A DNA stretch of 64,000 nt from an uncultured Acidimicrobiia bacterium (GTDB taxonomy: Bacteria; Actinomycetota; Acidimicrobiia; IMCC26256; JAENVU01), in contig CAVXVA010000008.1 in NCBI GenBank assembly GCA_963765075.1, positions 773,078 to 837,077 on the forward strand, given 5' to 3'. Positions 10,587 through 20,496 of this stretch are shown piece by piece. The notes beneath the pieces were generated by a model that saw nothing but the letters and a program-made list of their open reading frames with translations, made no database searches and had not been told where the DNA came from. Position numbers and translations under genes: made by a program. Numbering within the stretch: the first letter of the stretch is position 1; each line of letters opens with the position of its first letter.

Positions 10587-11763
10587 CGCGGATGCGCACA
10601 TCATGGAGACGCCGACGTGGTTGCGTGACTACGCCGACCCCGACGTTCGGGAGCGGATCCCGCCGCTCTCCATGGGCGGCGGGAATGAACTGGCCCAGAC
10701 CGGCGACCCCGACGAGCAGCTCCGCGATCTGACTGCGACCTTCGAACGCATCGCCGCCAAGCACGCGTCGGCGGAGTATCAGTCGACCGAAGCCGCCGAC
10801 ATCATGGCGCGCAAGAACTTTGCCGCGACCGGTTCCTTCGTCGCGGCCGATCGGCCACGCGCGTTGGACCTGCTCGGCTTCGAGAGCCAGCTGATGTTCA
10901 ACACGTTCCACAATCGCCGGCTCCACGATTGGGAGCACCAGGGTGATCTCGAACTCGCCTACGGAACCGCTCGCGCGCATAACCGCGGCATGATCGATTT
11001 CTGTTCCGTCGATTCCCGATTGTTGCCGACGGCGTACGTCCCGCTCGTCGACTTCGCAGCCGCCGCGGAGATGGCCGGCGAGGCCATCGGAGCGGGCGCG
11101 TCAGCGTTGCTCGTCGCGTCGGGATGTCCGGCCGGCCACTCGCCCAGCCATCGATCCCTCGACCCGGTGTGGGCGCAGGCACAAGAGGCCGGGATCCCGG
11201 TGGTGTTCCACGTTGGCGGCACCGACGATCTCATCGACTCGAACTACTTCGTCAACGGTCTTCCCATTCCGCCGGACTTCCACGGTGGTGAGGAGAACTT
11301 CCGGTCGGTCGACTACATGGGCATCCCCGGTCCGCCCGCGCAAACGCTGGCGACGATGATCTTCGACGGCGTGTTCGACCGGTTTCCGCGGCTGCGCGTC
11401 GGCGTCATCGAACAAGGGGCGATCTGGGTGCCGTCGTGGATGCGGCAGATGGAGTCGGCGTTCGAGGCGTTCCACCGGCACGAGGATCGGATCAAGGCCC
11501 TCGAGCTTCGGCCGTCGGAGTACGTCCGCCGGCAGATGCGGTTCACGCCCTATCCCACCGAGGACGTGGGCTGGATCGTCGAGCAGGCCGGCCCCGAGGT
11601 CGCGATGTTCTCGTCCGACTATCCCCACGTCGAAGGCGGACGCAAGCCCTACGAGCGGTTCGAAGCGTCACTCGGCGATGCCACCGAAGCGGTGCGCCGG
11701 GCCTTCTACTGCGACAACTTCTTGGACCTCATGGGTTCGGCCGGGGTCGGTCTCGCCGCGTAG
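10555..11763 (+). CDS. amidohydrolase-2 family metal-dependent hydrolase
   Basis: Start ATG 10555 follows GGAGGA. It has the N-terminal metal motif DADAHIMETP, an internal FHVGG, and the C-terminal SSDYPHVEG typical of the ACMSD-like family. Confidence 0.75.
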   Translation: MPYVSGRIIHDADAHIMETPTWLRDYADPDVRERIPPLSMGGGNELAQTGDPDEQLRDLTATFERIAAKHASAEYQSTEAADIMARKNFAATGSFVAADRPRALDLLGFESQLMFNTFHNRRLHDWEHQGDLELAYGTARAHNRGMIDFCSVDSRLLPTAYVPLVDFAAAAEMAGEAIGAGASALLVASGCPAGHSPSHRSLDPVWAQAQEAGIPVVFHVGGTDDLIDSNYFVNGLPIPPDFHGGEENFRSVDYMGIPGPPAQTLATMIFDGVFDRFPRLRVGVIEQGAIWVPSWMRQMESAFEAFHRHEDRIKALELRPSEYVRRQMRFTPYPTEDVGWIVEQAGPEVAMFSSDYPHVEGGRKPYERFEASLGDATEAVRRAFYCDNFLDLMGSAGVGLAA

Positions 11764-11782
11764 GAAGTGCGAGAATCCCTCG

Positions 11783-12949
11783 GTGACTCAGGGGTACGTG
11801 CATCCGGATTTCGCCGAGGTCGCGACCGCGTTGCGGTCGACGTTGCGGCACAAGCGAGGCGGTGGTGGGGCCGCCGCCGTGTACCACCACGGCGAGAAGG
11901 TCGTCGACATCTGGGCCGGGACCCAGGACCGGACCGGCACCCGCTGGGGTGAGACGACGACCGCCATGAGTTTCTCGACGACGAAGGGCGTCGTCGCCAC
12001 CGCGGCGCATCGCCTTGCGAGCCGCGGCCTCCTCGACATCGAGGCGCCAGTGGGTGAGTACTGGCCGGAGTTCAAGGCCGCAGGCAAGGCGAACATCCGC
12101 GTCGCGAACCTGCTCGACCACTCGGCGGGGATGCACCGGGTGCGCGGCGTGATCACCGATGGCGAGATGCTCCTCGATTGGGATCGGGTCACCGCGGCGC
12201 TCGCCGCCGCGCCCGCGAGGTACGCGCCGGGCGCGCACCACGGGTACCACGCGATCACCTACGGCTATCTGGTCGGTGAAGTGTTGCGGCGCGTCGCCGG
12301 CGGCTCGGTTGACGACATCGTGCAGGCCGAGATCGCCCGCCCGCTCGAGATCGAAGGGATGGCGATCGGTGCTCGCGGCCTCGCCCGCGGGAACGTGGCG
12401 ACGTTGCGGACGGCGTGGCCGAACTCCGAGAAGGCACAACGGTTCGTGAGTCGCGCCGACCGGTGGAACCGGCTCCAGGCTCCTATCGATGCCTTCATGA
12501 TCCACGATCTTCCCGACGTCATCGATTCGGGTGCCATCTACGACGTCGAGGCGCCGGCGCTCAACGGATGTTTCACCGCGCGGTCGCTGGCGCGTATGTA
12601 CTCGGCGCTCGCCATCAACGAGTCGGTCGACGGGTCACCGTTCCTGAGCGAAGCCGCGATGCGCGCCGCGACCACCGTACGGACCCGGTCGCGAGATCTC
12701 GTCGTCGGATTCCCGATGCGGTGGCGGCTCGGGTATCACATGGCCGCGACGAACCGTGGAGTGCTCCCCGCCGGGTTCGGCCACTTCGGTCTCGGTGGGT
12801 CGGGCGGGTGGGCGGACCCATCGAGAGAACTCGCGGTCGCGATGACGTGTAACCGCATGGCCGGCACGCCGTTCGGTGATCAGCGGTTCCTCAAGATCGG
12901 TGCCGCCGCGGTCAAGTGCGCGGAACGTCGCGATCGACTGCCCGTCTAG
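11783..12949 (+). CDS. serine hydrolase, beta-lactamase/PBP-like family
   Basis: An SxxK motif is present (SFSTTKG), as is LLDHSAGM. The start is probably GTG 11783, since the upstream part of ORF 11678..12949 overlaps the previous gene. Confidence 0.8.
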   Translation: MTQGYVHPDFAEVATALRSTLRHKRGGGGAAAVYHHGEKVVDIWAGTQDRTGTRWGETTTAMSFSTTKGVVATAAHRLASRGLLDIEAPVGEYWPEFKAAGKANIRVANLLDHSAGMHRVRGVITDGEMLLDWDRVTAALAAAPARYAPGAHHGYHAITYGYLVGEVLRRVAGGSVDDIVQAEIARPLEIEGMAIGARGLARGNVATLRTAWPNSEKAQRFVSRADRWNRLQAPIDAFMIHDLPDVIDSGAIYDVEAPALNGCFTARSLARMYSALAINESVDGSPFLSEAAMRAATTVRTRSRDLVVGFPMRWRLGYHMAATNRGVLPAGFGHFGLGGSGGWADPSRELAVAMTCNRMAGTPFGDQRFLKIGAAAVKCAERRDRLPV

Positions 12950-12982
12950 GGTCCTGGGCAGTTCACGCTCCTGGGGGGATTC

Positions 12983-14056
12983 ATGAACGTTCGGTACCGG
13001 CTGGGCACCGTGCTCGTGCTTTGTGGGGCGTTGGTTGGGTCCGCGTGTTCGAGCGATGGGTCCTCACCGAAATCGGCGTCGACCCCTTCAACGAAGGGGA
13101 GGCCGACGCCGCAGGACCCCGCGTCGGTCCCGGCCGCACCATCGAGCGGCTGCGATTCCAGCGGCGCGGCGGTTCCCGGTCACACGAAGCAGACGCTGAC
13201 TTCGGGAGGCGAGGAGCGCTGGTACTACCAGGACGTTCCGGCGACCACTGCGAGTGCCGGCACGCCGATGCCCGTCGTGTTCGATTTCCACGGATACTCC
13301 GAAGGTGCCGACGTCCATCTGCAGATGAGTGACCTGAGGGGGTTCGGCGACGAGAAGGGATTCGTCACCATCACCCCGCAAGGTACCGGCGCCGTCGCGC
13401 GGTGGGAGGCAACCATCGGATCGAAGGACGCGACGTTCTTCGGCGAGATGCTCGATCAGGTCGAGTCCCGGCTGTGCGTGGACACCAACCGGGTCTACGT
13501 GACCGGCCTCTCGAACGGGGCGTTCATGACTTCGGCCATCGCGTGTCAGTTCAGCGACCGGGTCGCGGCGGTCGCGCCGGTCGCCGGGGTACGAAACCTC
13601 GCCGACTGCGCGACGAACCGGGCGGTGCCGATGGTCGCGTTCCACGGTACGGCCGACGGCTTCGTGGCCTTCGACGGCGGTATCGGCGAGAAGGGGCTCG
13701 ATCTTCCTGCGCCCGATGGCTCAGGGAAGACGTTGCGGGACACCCTGACGCCCGAGCAGCTGAAGTCGGGAGGCACGGACTCGGTCCCGACGATCATGGC
13801 GGCGTGGGCGAAGCGCAACGGATGCACTCCCAAGGCCAAGGAATCGCCGGTTGCCGCCGATGTCACCACGGTCACATTCACCTGCCCCGCGGGTCACGAC
13901 ACGGTTCTCTACCGCGTCACCGACGGCGGTCACACATGGCCCGGCAGCACCTTCTCCCAGGCGATCGAGTCGGTCGTCGGTCATACGACGACGAACGTGA
14001 ATGCCGACGAAGTGATGTGGGACTTCTTCGTGGCCCATCCGCGGCGGTCGTCGTGA
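12983..14056 (+). CDS. lipoprotein esterase, PHB-depolymerase/LpqC-like
   Basis: A signal peptide with lipobox (LVGSAC) is followed by a Ser/Pro-rich linker, the nucleophile elbow GLSNGA, and FHGTADG. Confidence 0.75.
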   Translation: MNVRYRLGTVLVLCGALVGSACSSDGSSPKSASTPSTKGRPTPQDPASVPAAPSSGCDSSGAAVPGHTKQTLTSGGEERWYYQDVPATTASAGTPMPVVFDFHGYSEGADVHLQMSDLRGFGDEKGFVTITPQGTGAVARWEATIGSKDATFFGEMLDQVESRLCVDTNRVYVTGLSNGAFMTSAIACQFSDRVAAVAPVAGVRNLADCATNRAVPMVAFHGTADGFVAFDGGIGEKGLDLPAPDGSGKTLRDTLTPEQLKSGGTDSVPTIMAAWAKRNGCTPKAKESPVAADVTTVTFTCPAGHDTVLYRVTDGGHTWPGSTFSQAIESVVGHTTTNVNADEVMWDFFVAHPRRSS

Positions 14057-14061
14057 CGAAT

Positions 14062-15255
14062 ATGGATCCGATGAAGGCCGCCGCATCGGCGACCGTCGAC
14101 GCCCGGTCCGAAGATCTCGTCGAGATCTCCCACGCCATCCATGCGCGGCCGGAACTCGGGTTCGAGGAGCATTTTGCGGCGGGTGTACTCGCCGACGGTC
14201 TGGAGGCCGGCGGGTTCGCGGTCGAGCGGGCCGGGTTCGGCATCGACACCGCGTTCGTCGGCCGAATCGGGAATCCTGCCGGCGTCCACGTGATCGTGTG
14301 TTGTGAGTACGACGCGCTGCCGGCGATCGGGCACGGCTGCGGGCACAACATCATCGCGGCCGCGGGGCTCGGCGCGGGACTGGCACTCGCGCCGCTCGTC
14401 GAAGACCTCGGTGGCCACCTCACGGTGCTGGGCACGCCGGCGGAGGAACTGGGCAAGGGCGGCAAGATCGCGCTGCTCGAACGCGGCGCGTTCGACGGCG
14501 CCGACGTCGCGATGATGGTGCACCCGTCGGTGGCCGATGTGGGCTGGGCCCCCCATATCGCGACCACGCACCTCGAGATCGAGATGCGGGGCAAAGCCGC
14601 GCACGCCGCAGCCGCCCCGTGGGACGGCGTCAACGCGCTCGACGCGATCGTGCTCGGATACACGGGCGTCGCTGCGCTCCGTCAGCACCTGCGGCCCGGC
14701 ACCGAGAAAGTGCACGGGATCATCACGCATGGCGGTGATGCCGAGAACGTGGTCCCCGATCGTGCCGCCGCGGCCTTTCAGGTGCGGGCCGTGCAGGAGC
14801 GGTTGTTGGACGGCCTGAACGAGAAGGTCCTCAACTGCTTCCGGGGAGCTGCGCTCCAGACCGGCTGCACGATGCACGACCATCGCACCAGCACCTACCA
14901 GGAGCTGTGGCACAACCGCACGTTGGCCGAGACCTATCGAGCGAACGGCGAACTGCTGGGCCGACCGTTCATCGACCCGGACATCATCCCGATGTCGGTA
15001 GCGGGCAGCACCGACATGGGCAATGTCTCCAAGGTCGTCCCGTCGATCCACGCCATGATCCGGATCGCCGATCTGGATGTGCCCGGTCACTCGGAGCGAT
15101 TCCGGGAGTCTGCGATCTCGGGGGACGGTGATCGTGCGGTGGCTGACGGCGCCAAGATCTTGGCGATGACCGCAATCGATGCGTGGTCGGATCCGACGGT
15201 GCTGCACCATGCGCAGGCCGAGTTCGCTGCCAAAACCGCGGCGGAGCCGGACTAG
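14062..15255 (+). CDS. M20-family amidohydrolase/peptidase
   Basis: Protein-like from MDPMKAAASATVD.... Motifs HARPELGFEE, EYDALPAIGHGCGHN and GTPAEE are present. GTG 14053, overlapping the previous stop, is an alternative start. Confidence 0.8.
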   Translation: MDPMKAAASATVDARSEDLVEISHAIHARPELGFEEHFAAGVLADGLEAGGFAVERAGFGIDTAFVGRIGNPAGVHVIVCCEYDALPAIGHGCGHNIIAAAGLGAGLALAPLVEDLGGHLTVLGTPAEELGKGGKIALLERGAFDGADVAMMVHPSVADVGWAPHIATTHLEIEMRGKAAHAAAAPWDGVNALDAIVLGYTGVAALRQHLRPGTEKVHGIITHGGDAENVVPDRAAAAFQVRAVQERLLDGLNEKVLNCFRGAALQTGCTMHDHRTSTYQELWHNRTLAETYRANGELLGRPFIDPDIIPMSVAGSTDMGNVSKVVPSIHAMIRIADLDVPGHSERFRESAISGDGDRAVADGAKILAMTAIDAWSDPTVLHHAQAEFAAKTAAEPD

Positions 15256-16500
15256 CTATTCGAGGGTGGCGTAGTTGGTCGACCGATCGTCGAGACGAGC
15301 ACCCGCGACCGCGATGACGCACTCTCGGAGGTCGGCCAGGTACTCGTCGATCACCGGCGCGTTGCCCGCACTCACGGTCGAGTGCAACGCGTCGGGCGGT
15401 TTCTGCCGGTCATGGAACCAACCGCGCGCCTGCAACGCATCGCCGACCGCGAACACGTCAACCGCCGGATCGTCGGCCACGATGGCGAGGAGGTGGGCGT
15501 GGGGGTCACCCAGGATGGTGAGTCCCGGAATCGCCCGTACGCCGGCCCGCATCCGGTCGGCGGTCTCGATCGTGGTGCGGGTCAGGCGTCGGTAGCCCTC
15601 GAGTCCGAGGTGATGCATGACGGCCCAGGCCGTGGCCATCGGGAGCCCCGATCGGGTGCCCTGCATGTTGGGCGACGCGTAGAAGCCACCGAGCCAGTCC
15701 TCGAAGACGAAGGTCTGGTATCTGCGCAGCGCCTTGGTGCGATGGAGGATGATCGAGGCGCCCTTGGGGGCGTACCCGAGCTTGTGGATGTCAGCCGAGA
15801 TCGTGGTCACCCCCTCGACGCGGAAGTCCCACGGCGCAACGTCCATGCCGAGTTGTTCCATGAACGGGAGGACGAATCCACCCATGCACGCGTCGGTGTG
15901 GAAGCTGGCGCCAACGCTCAGGGCGAGCGCGGCCAACTCGGGAATGGGATCGATGATGCCTTGGGGATACTGCGGCGCGGAGCCGACCACGAGCGCGGTG
16001 TTGGCGTTCACCAGGTCGGCGGCTGCGTTCACGTCGGCCCGCCAGTCAGAGTCGACCGGAACCCGGTTGACCTTCACACCGAAGTAGTGCGCAGCTTTGT
16101 GGAACGCGGCGTGGGCACTGATGGGCAGCACCATCTCGGGTTCGGTGATGCCCCGCTCGGCCTCGGCCCGCTCCACCGCCGCCCGCACTCCCATCAGGAT
16201 CGACTCGGTGCCGCCGGAGGTGAGAAATCCAGCAGCGTCGGGCGAACCGTGGAGGAGGTCGGCAGTGATGCCGACGACCTCGGATTGGATCTCACCGAGA
16301 CTCGGGAAGGCGATCGTGTTGAGTGCGTTCTCGTGCAGGTACATGAGCGCCGCGGCTTCGATCGCTTCGTTGGCCGCGGGGCCCGCGTCGTAGACCATCC
16401 CGAAGGTACGACCGTCCTGCCAGCGCACGTCCTTGGCGCGTTTGGCGGTCAGCGTGGCGATGATCTCGTCGGTCGTGAGTCCGTGTTCAGACAGCGTCAT
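15256..16500 (-). CDS. PLP-dependent decarboxylase (group II; sphingosine-1-phosphate-lyase/glutamate-decarboxylase-like)
   Basis: Real start at MTLSEHGL (ATG 16498-16500). TSGGTESI and the PLP-lysine motif SADIHKLGYAPKG are present. Its stop abuts the convergent M20 stop with zero spacing. Confidence 0.8.
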   Translation of the reverse strand: MTLSEHGLTTDEIIATLTAKRAKDVRWQDGRTFGMVYDAGPAANEAIEAAALMYLHENALNTIAFPSLGEIQSEVVGITADLLHGSPDAAGFLTSGGTESILMGVRAAVERAEAERGITEPEMVLPISAHAAFHKAAHYFGVKVNRVPVDSDWRADVNAAADLVNANTALVVGSAPQYPQGIIDPIPELAALALSVGASFHTDACMGGFVLPFMEQLGMDVAPWDFRVEGVTTISADIHKLGYAPKGASIILHRTKALRRYQTFVFEDWLGGFYASPNMQGTRSGLPMATAWAVMHHLGLEGYRRLTRTTIETADRMRAGVRAIPGLTILGDPHAHLLAIVADDPAVDVFAVGDALQARGWFHDRQKPPDALHSTVSAGNAPVIDEYLADLRECVIAVAGARLDDRSTNYATLE

Positions 16501-16517
16501 GGCGAGCGAGTGTAGAG

Positions 16518-17978
16518 GTGCCGGGGAAGAACTGCCCCGGTACAGTTCGGGTCGTGACCGCACCTCAGCGTGAAGTCGATCGCGCCACGATTCAGGGTCG
16601 GCACTCTCATGTTGCCGGAGTCGAGGAGTACCTCGGCATCCGCTACGCCGAACCGCCGACCGGTGCGCGCCGCTTCCGGGCACCCGTGGCCTCGACCGCG
16701 CACGGCATGATCGCGGCAACCGAGTTCGGTCCCGCGGCGCCCCAGTTGGCCGGTTCCGGGACGGTGCCGGGCGACACGACCCCGGACCGCATGGACGAAG
16801 ATTGCCTCTTCCTCAATGTGTGGGCTCCGAGCAGTCCGGGCCCACGCCCGGTGTTCGTCTGGTTCTACGGCGGCGGGTTCCTGAGTGGCGCGACGAGCGA
16901 TCCGACGATCAATGGCGCTCGGCTCGCGGCACGCGGCGACATGGTCGTCGTGTCGATCGCGTATCGGGTCGGTGCCTTGGGATTCCTGGGTGTGGGCGAC
17001 ACCAACTGCGGCTTGCGCGATCAGCAGTGTGGGCTCGAGTGGGTGCGGGACCACATCGCTGCGTTCGGGGGCGACCCGGCCCAGGTCACGATCGCGGGCG
17101 AGTCCGCAGGTGGAGGCTCAGTGCTCCACCTGCTCGCGTCGCCAGGGACCTCAAATCTGTTCCATCACGCGATCGTGCAGAGCGGCGCGACCGAGTACAC
17201 CCGCACCCGCACCGAAGTCGAGCGCGTGACCGAGATGTACCTCGCCGCGCTCGACGGTGACGATCCGGGCGCGGTGCCCTGGGCGCGGATCATCGAGGCG
17301 CAGGGCCAGGCACTGATGCCGTTGATGATGGAGATGGCCCGCATGCCATTCCATCCCTGCGTGGACGACGACGTCTTGCTCGCTCGTCCCGTCGATGCGT
17401 TGGCGGCCGGTGTCGGTCGGAACGTCGACCTCGTCGTGGGAACGACCGCCGACGAGATGCGACTGTTCCTGATGGAAGCGAGCCTGGCCGACACCCAGAT
17501 GCGCAAGCGCGTCGACCGGTACCTCGGCCGGGACGCCGCGGAGCTCGTCGGTGCCTACCAAGCGATCGTGGGTGAGGACCCGATGGACGTCTGGGCGGCG
17601 ATCTTCTCGGACCGGGAGATGCAGCTCCCTGCGCTCGCAGTTGCCGGTGCGCACCAGGGCTCGACCTACCGCTACTCGTTCACCTGGGAGGTCGCGCCTC
17701 GCTCGGACGGCCTGCCGCTGCGCGCCTGTCACGCGGCCGACCTCCCGTTCCCGTTCGCTTCGCTCGACGTCCTCGACTGGCGGCGCTGGTGCGCGGCCGA
17801 AGGTGACCCGGATCTCGCCGAAGCTCTGGTCGACGCCATGCAGGGTGCGTGGTGCGAGTTCGCCCGTACGGGTGATCCGGGCTGGCCCGGTCACGAGTCG
17901 GGCCTAGTCATGGAGTTCGGCCGCGACCTCGGTGCGCGTCCGGATCCGTTGGCACCACGGCTGGCGCTCTGGTCATGA
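16518..17978 (+). CDS. carboxylesterase type B
   Basis: Motifs YLGIRYAEPP, EDCLFLNVWAP, VWFYGGGF and the nucleophile GESAGGGS are present. The start is uncertain (GTG 16518 or GTG 16554). Confidence 0.85.
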   Translation: MPGKNCPGTVRVVTAPQREVDRATIQGRHSHVAGVEEYLGIRYAEPPTGARRFRAPVASTAHGMIAATEFGPAAPQLAGSGTVPGDTTPDRMDEDCLFLNVWAPSSPGPRPVFVWFYGGGFLSGATSDPTINGARLAARGDMVVVSIAYRVGALGFLGVGDTNCGLRDQQCGLEWVRDHIAAFGGDPAQVTIAGESAGGGSVLHLLASPGTSNLFHHAIVQSGATEYTRTRTEVERVTEMYLAALDGDDPGAVPWARIIEAQGQALMPLMMEMARMPFHPCVDDDVLLARPVDALAAGVGRNVDLVVGTTADEMRLFLMEASLADTQMRKRVDRYLGRDAAELVGAYQAIVGEDPMDVWAAIFSDREMQLPALAVAGAHQGSTYRYSFTWEVAPRSDGLPLRACHAADLPFPFASLDVLDWRRWCAAEGDPDLAEALVDAMQGAWCEFARTGDPGWPGHESGLVMEFGRDLGARPDPLAPRLALWS

Positions 17979-19054
17979 GTCGCACGTTCCGCTTCCCGGC
18001 CATCGATCGCGTCGTGCACGGCGTCGGCGCGATCGGCGAGGTTCCGGCGATCGTGGCCGAGCTGGGGGCACGCCGGGTCATGGTCGTCACCGGACGGACG
18101 CTGGCCACGACCACGGCATTGGTCGCAGACCTCGAGACGGCACTGGCGGACCGACACGTCGGCACCTTCGCGTGGATGCGAGCCCATGCGCCGCGGGTCG
18201 ACGTGGACGCCGCGATCGAGATGGTCGGCGAGATGGATGCCGATCTGCTCGTTGGCTTCGGTGGTTCGAGCGTGACCGACGCGACCAAGATCCTCGCGGT
18301 GCGCGCCCGCGAGGAGTCCATCCCGCAGATCCACATTCCGACCACGCTGTCGGCAGGGGAATGGACCCCGGCCTCGGGCATGACCGGAGACATCCCCGGC
18401 GTGAAGACCTATGTGGTGGACCCGCGCATGGCACCCGCCGCGATCGTGCTCGACCCCGAGGTCACGCGGGCGACGCCGATGGACCTGTGGCTCTCTACCG
18501 GCATGAAGTCGATCGACCACGCGTGCGAGGCGATGTGGGGGCCGCGGGCGCATCCGTTCACCGACACCCTCGCGACCCAGGCCATTCGTACGCTGCGGGT
18601 CGAGCTGCCTCGCACCCTCGCCGAGCCGGACGATCTCGATGCCCGGGAGTCTGCACAGGTCGCCGGGTGGATGAGCATGGCGGGCGTGGTCAACGTCCGC
18701 GTCCACCTCTCGCACACGTTGGGTCACCAGATCGGTGCACGGTGGGACGTGCCGCATGGGTTCACCTCCGGGATCACCGTGCCGCCGGTCATGCGGTACC
18801 TCGCCGCCGAGAACGAGTCGGGCGTAGCAAAGGTGGCTGGCGCCTTCGACGCGGCGACCGTTGATGCAGGTGCGGATGCGATCGGCGTGCTGGTCGCATC
18901 GCTGGGGCTGCCGACTCGCTTGCGCGAGGTCGGTGCCGACCGGGCCGATTTCTCCGCAGTCGCGGAGGCGACCGTCGCGGCCGGGAAGGCGACCGGCTAC
19001 GTCCCGACCGGGGGCGTCGACGACGTGATCACCTTGCTCGATCAGATGTGGTGA
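17975..19054 (+). CDS. iron-containing alcohol dehydrogenase / maleylacetate-reductase family
   Basis: ATGA overlap with the previous stop. Motifs GFGGSSVTDATK and HLSHTLGHQIGARWDVPHG (metal-binding His cluster) are present. Confidence 0.8.
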   Translation: MSRTFRFPAIDRVVHGVGAIGEVPAIVAELGARRVMVVTGRTLATTTALVADLETALADRHVGTFAWMRAHAPRVDVDAAIEMVGEMDADLLVGFGGSSVTDATKILAVRAREESIPQIHIPTTLSAGEWTPASGMTGDIPGVKTYVVDPRMAPAAIVLDPEVTRATPMDLWLSTGMKSIDHACEAMWGPRAHPFTDTLATQAIRTLRVELPRTLAEPDDLDARESAQVAGWMSMAGVVNVRVHLSHTLGHQIGARWDVPHGFTSGITVPPVMRYLAAENESGVAKVAGAFDAATVDAGADAIGVLVASLGLPTRLREVGADRADFSAVAEATVAAGKATGYVPTGGVDDVITLLDQMW

Positions 19055-20496
19055 GTCGTGCCGCCCGCGAGGCGGCGTCGGCGCGGAGTTCGCCTTTGGC
19101 GACCTTGCCGCCGCTGGCGCGGGGGAGGTCGTCGGCGAGGACCACGAAGTGCTCGGGCCAGAGTTCTTTTCCCACCCCCCGGCCGGCGAGGTGGTCGCAC
19201 AGTTCGGCGAGGGTCGGCGCGGTCGCTCCCTCGCGCAGCACCGCGTAGACACACACGCGCTCGCCGAAGGTCGGGTCGGGCATGGCCACCGCGGCACTCA
19301 ACGCGATCGCCGGATGGCTCGAGACTTCGTCCTCGACCTGGGCGGCCGAGATGTTCTTGCCGCCGCGGATGATGAAGTCCGACGTGCGGCCCGCAACCGT
19401 GAGCACTCCCGCGGCATCGATCGTGCAGAGGTCGCCCGTACGCATCCAGCCGTCGGCGGTGAACAGTTCCGCGTTGGCCGCGTCGTCCTCGTAGTACCCG
19501 AGACAGTTCACCGCGCCGTGGCACGCCGCGATCCCCGGACCACCGGCCGCGGTGACGTCGGCCCCGGTGTCGGGATCGAGGAGTCGCACGTTCATCGACG
19601 GGATCACGTGACCGGCGGTCCGGAGCCGAGTGTCGCGATCGTCGTCGAGTCGAGTGGCCGAGAGGGCGCCGGTCTCGTTCGATCCGTAGAACTGCAAGAC
19701 CCGCGCACCGGTGCGGTCTTCGAACTCGGCCGCCCGCTCGTAGGGAACCATCTCGCCGCCGGTGTAGAGCACCCGCAGGCTCGAGAGGTCGTGGTCGGCG
19801 AGCGTCGGTGAGTTCAACATCATCACGAACTGGGTGCTCACCGCGGCCAGGACGGAGACGCCATAGGTGTCGACCGCAGCGAGCGCCACTTCGGGGGTGA
19901 ACCGGTCCAGGAGCACGCAGGGCGCACCGAGGATGGTCGGCGTGAAGTGCGCGGTCCACAGACCGAATCCGAAGGGAGCGGGCAACACGCTCATGAAGAC
20001 GTCGTCCGCGTTCGAGCGCGCCGGTGTCGACGGCCAAATCGTGGAAGGCGAACCACCGCGCCTGGTGGTGTTGCACGATCTTGGGCAACCCGGTGGTGCC
20101 CGAGGTCGAGTTGAGGAACGACAACTCGTCGATGGTGAACGCTCGATGGGGGTCGAGCGGCGGCGGATCCGCCGCCAACCTCGGGAGGGAAGTGAGAAGT
20201 TCGACGGCATCCGTCGCGACGGTGAGATGGTCGAGTTCGCGCGGGCCGGCTCGGGGACCGATCCCGACGACGATCAGCCCGGCGCGCTCCGCCGCGAGGT
20301 ACGCGACGTGTACGTCGGGGCCGTCGGGCATCTGCACCGCGATGCGCGTCCCGCGCTCGTACCGATTCGCGAGGCTCGCGGCCACGGCGGTGGCGCGAGT
20401 GTCGTACTCCCGCCACGTGAGTGATGTCGTTCCGCAGAACGCGAGCGCATCGGGCCGGCTTCTCGCGTGCCGAGCGACGAGATCAGAGAGGGTCAC
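19029..20496 (-). pseudogene. AMP-dependent acyl-CoA synthetase/ligase, single frameshift at ~20005-20010
   Basis: The N-terminal half (VTLSDLVARHARSRPDALAF...LNSTSGTTGLPKIVQHHQARWFAFHDLAVDTGALE) is in the frame of ORF 19042..21651. The rest (DDVFMSVLPAPFGFGLW...YGSNETG...TGDL...GRTSDFIIRGGKNI...GKVAKGELR) is in ORF 19029..20210. Its GTG start overlaps the GH5 stop (GTGA). Confidence 0.8.

Noticed and set aside
13981-16515. ORFs 13981..15210 (-) and 15382..16515 (+)
   Set aside because: They are antisense to the M20 amidohydrolase and the PLP decarboxylase, with junk composition.
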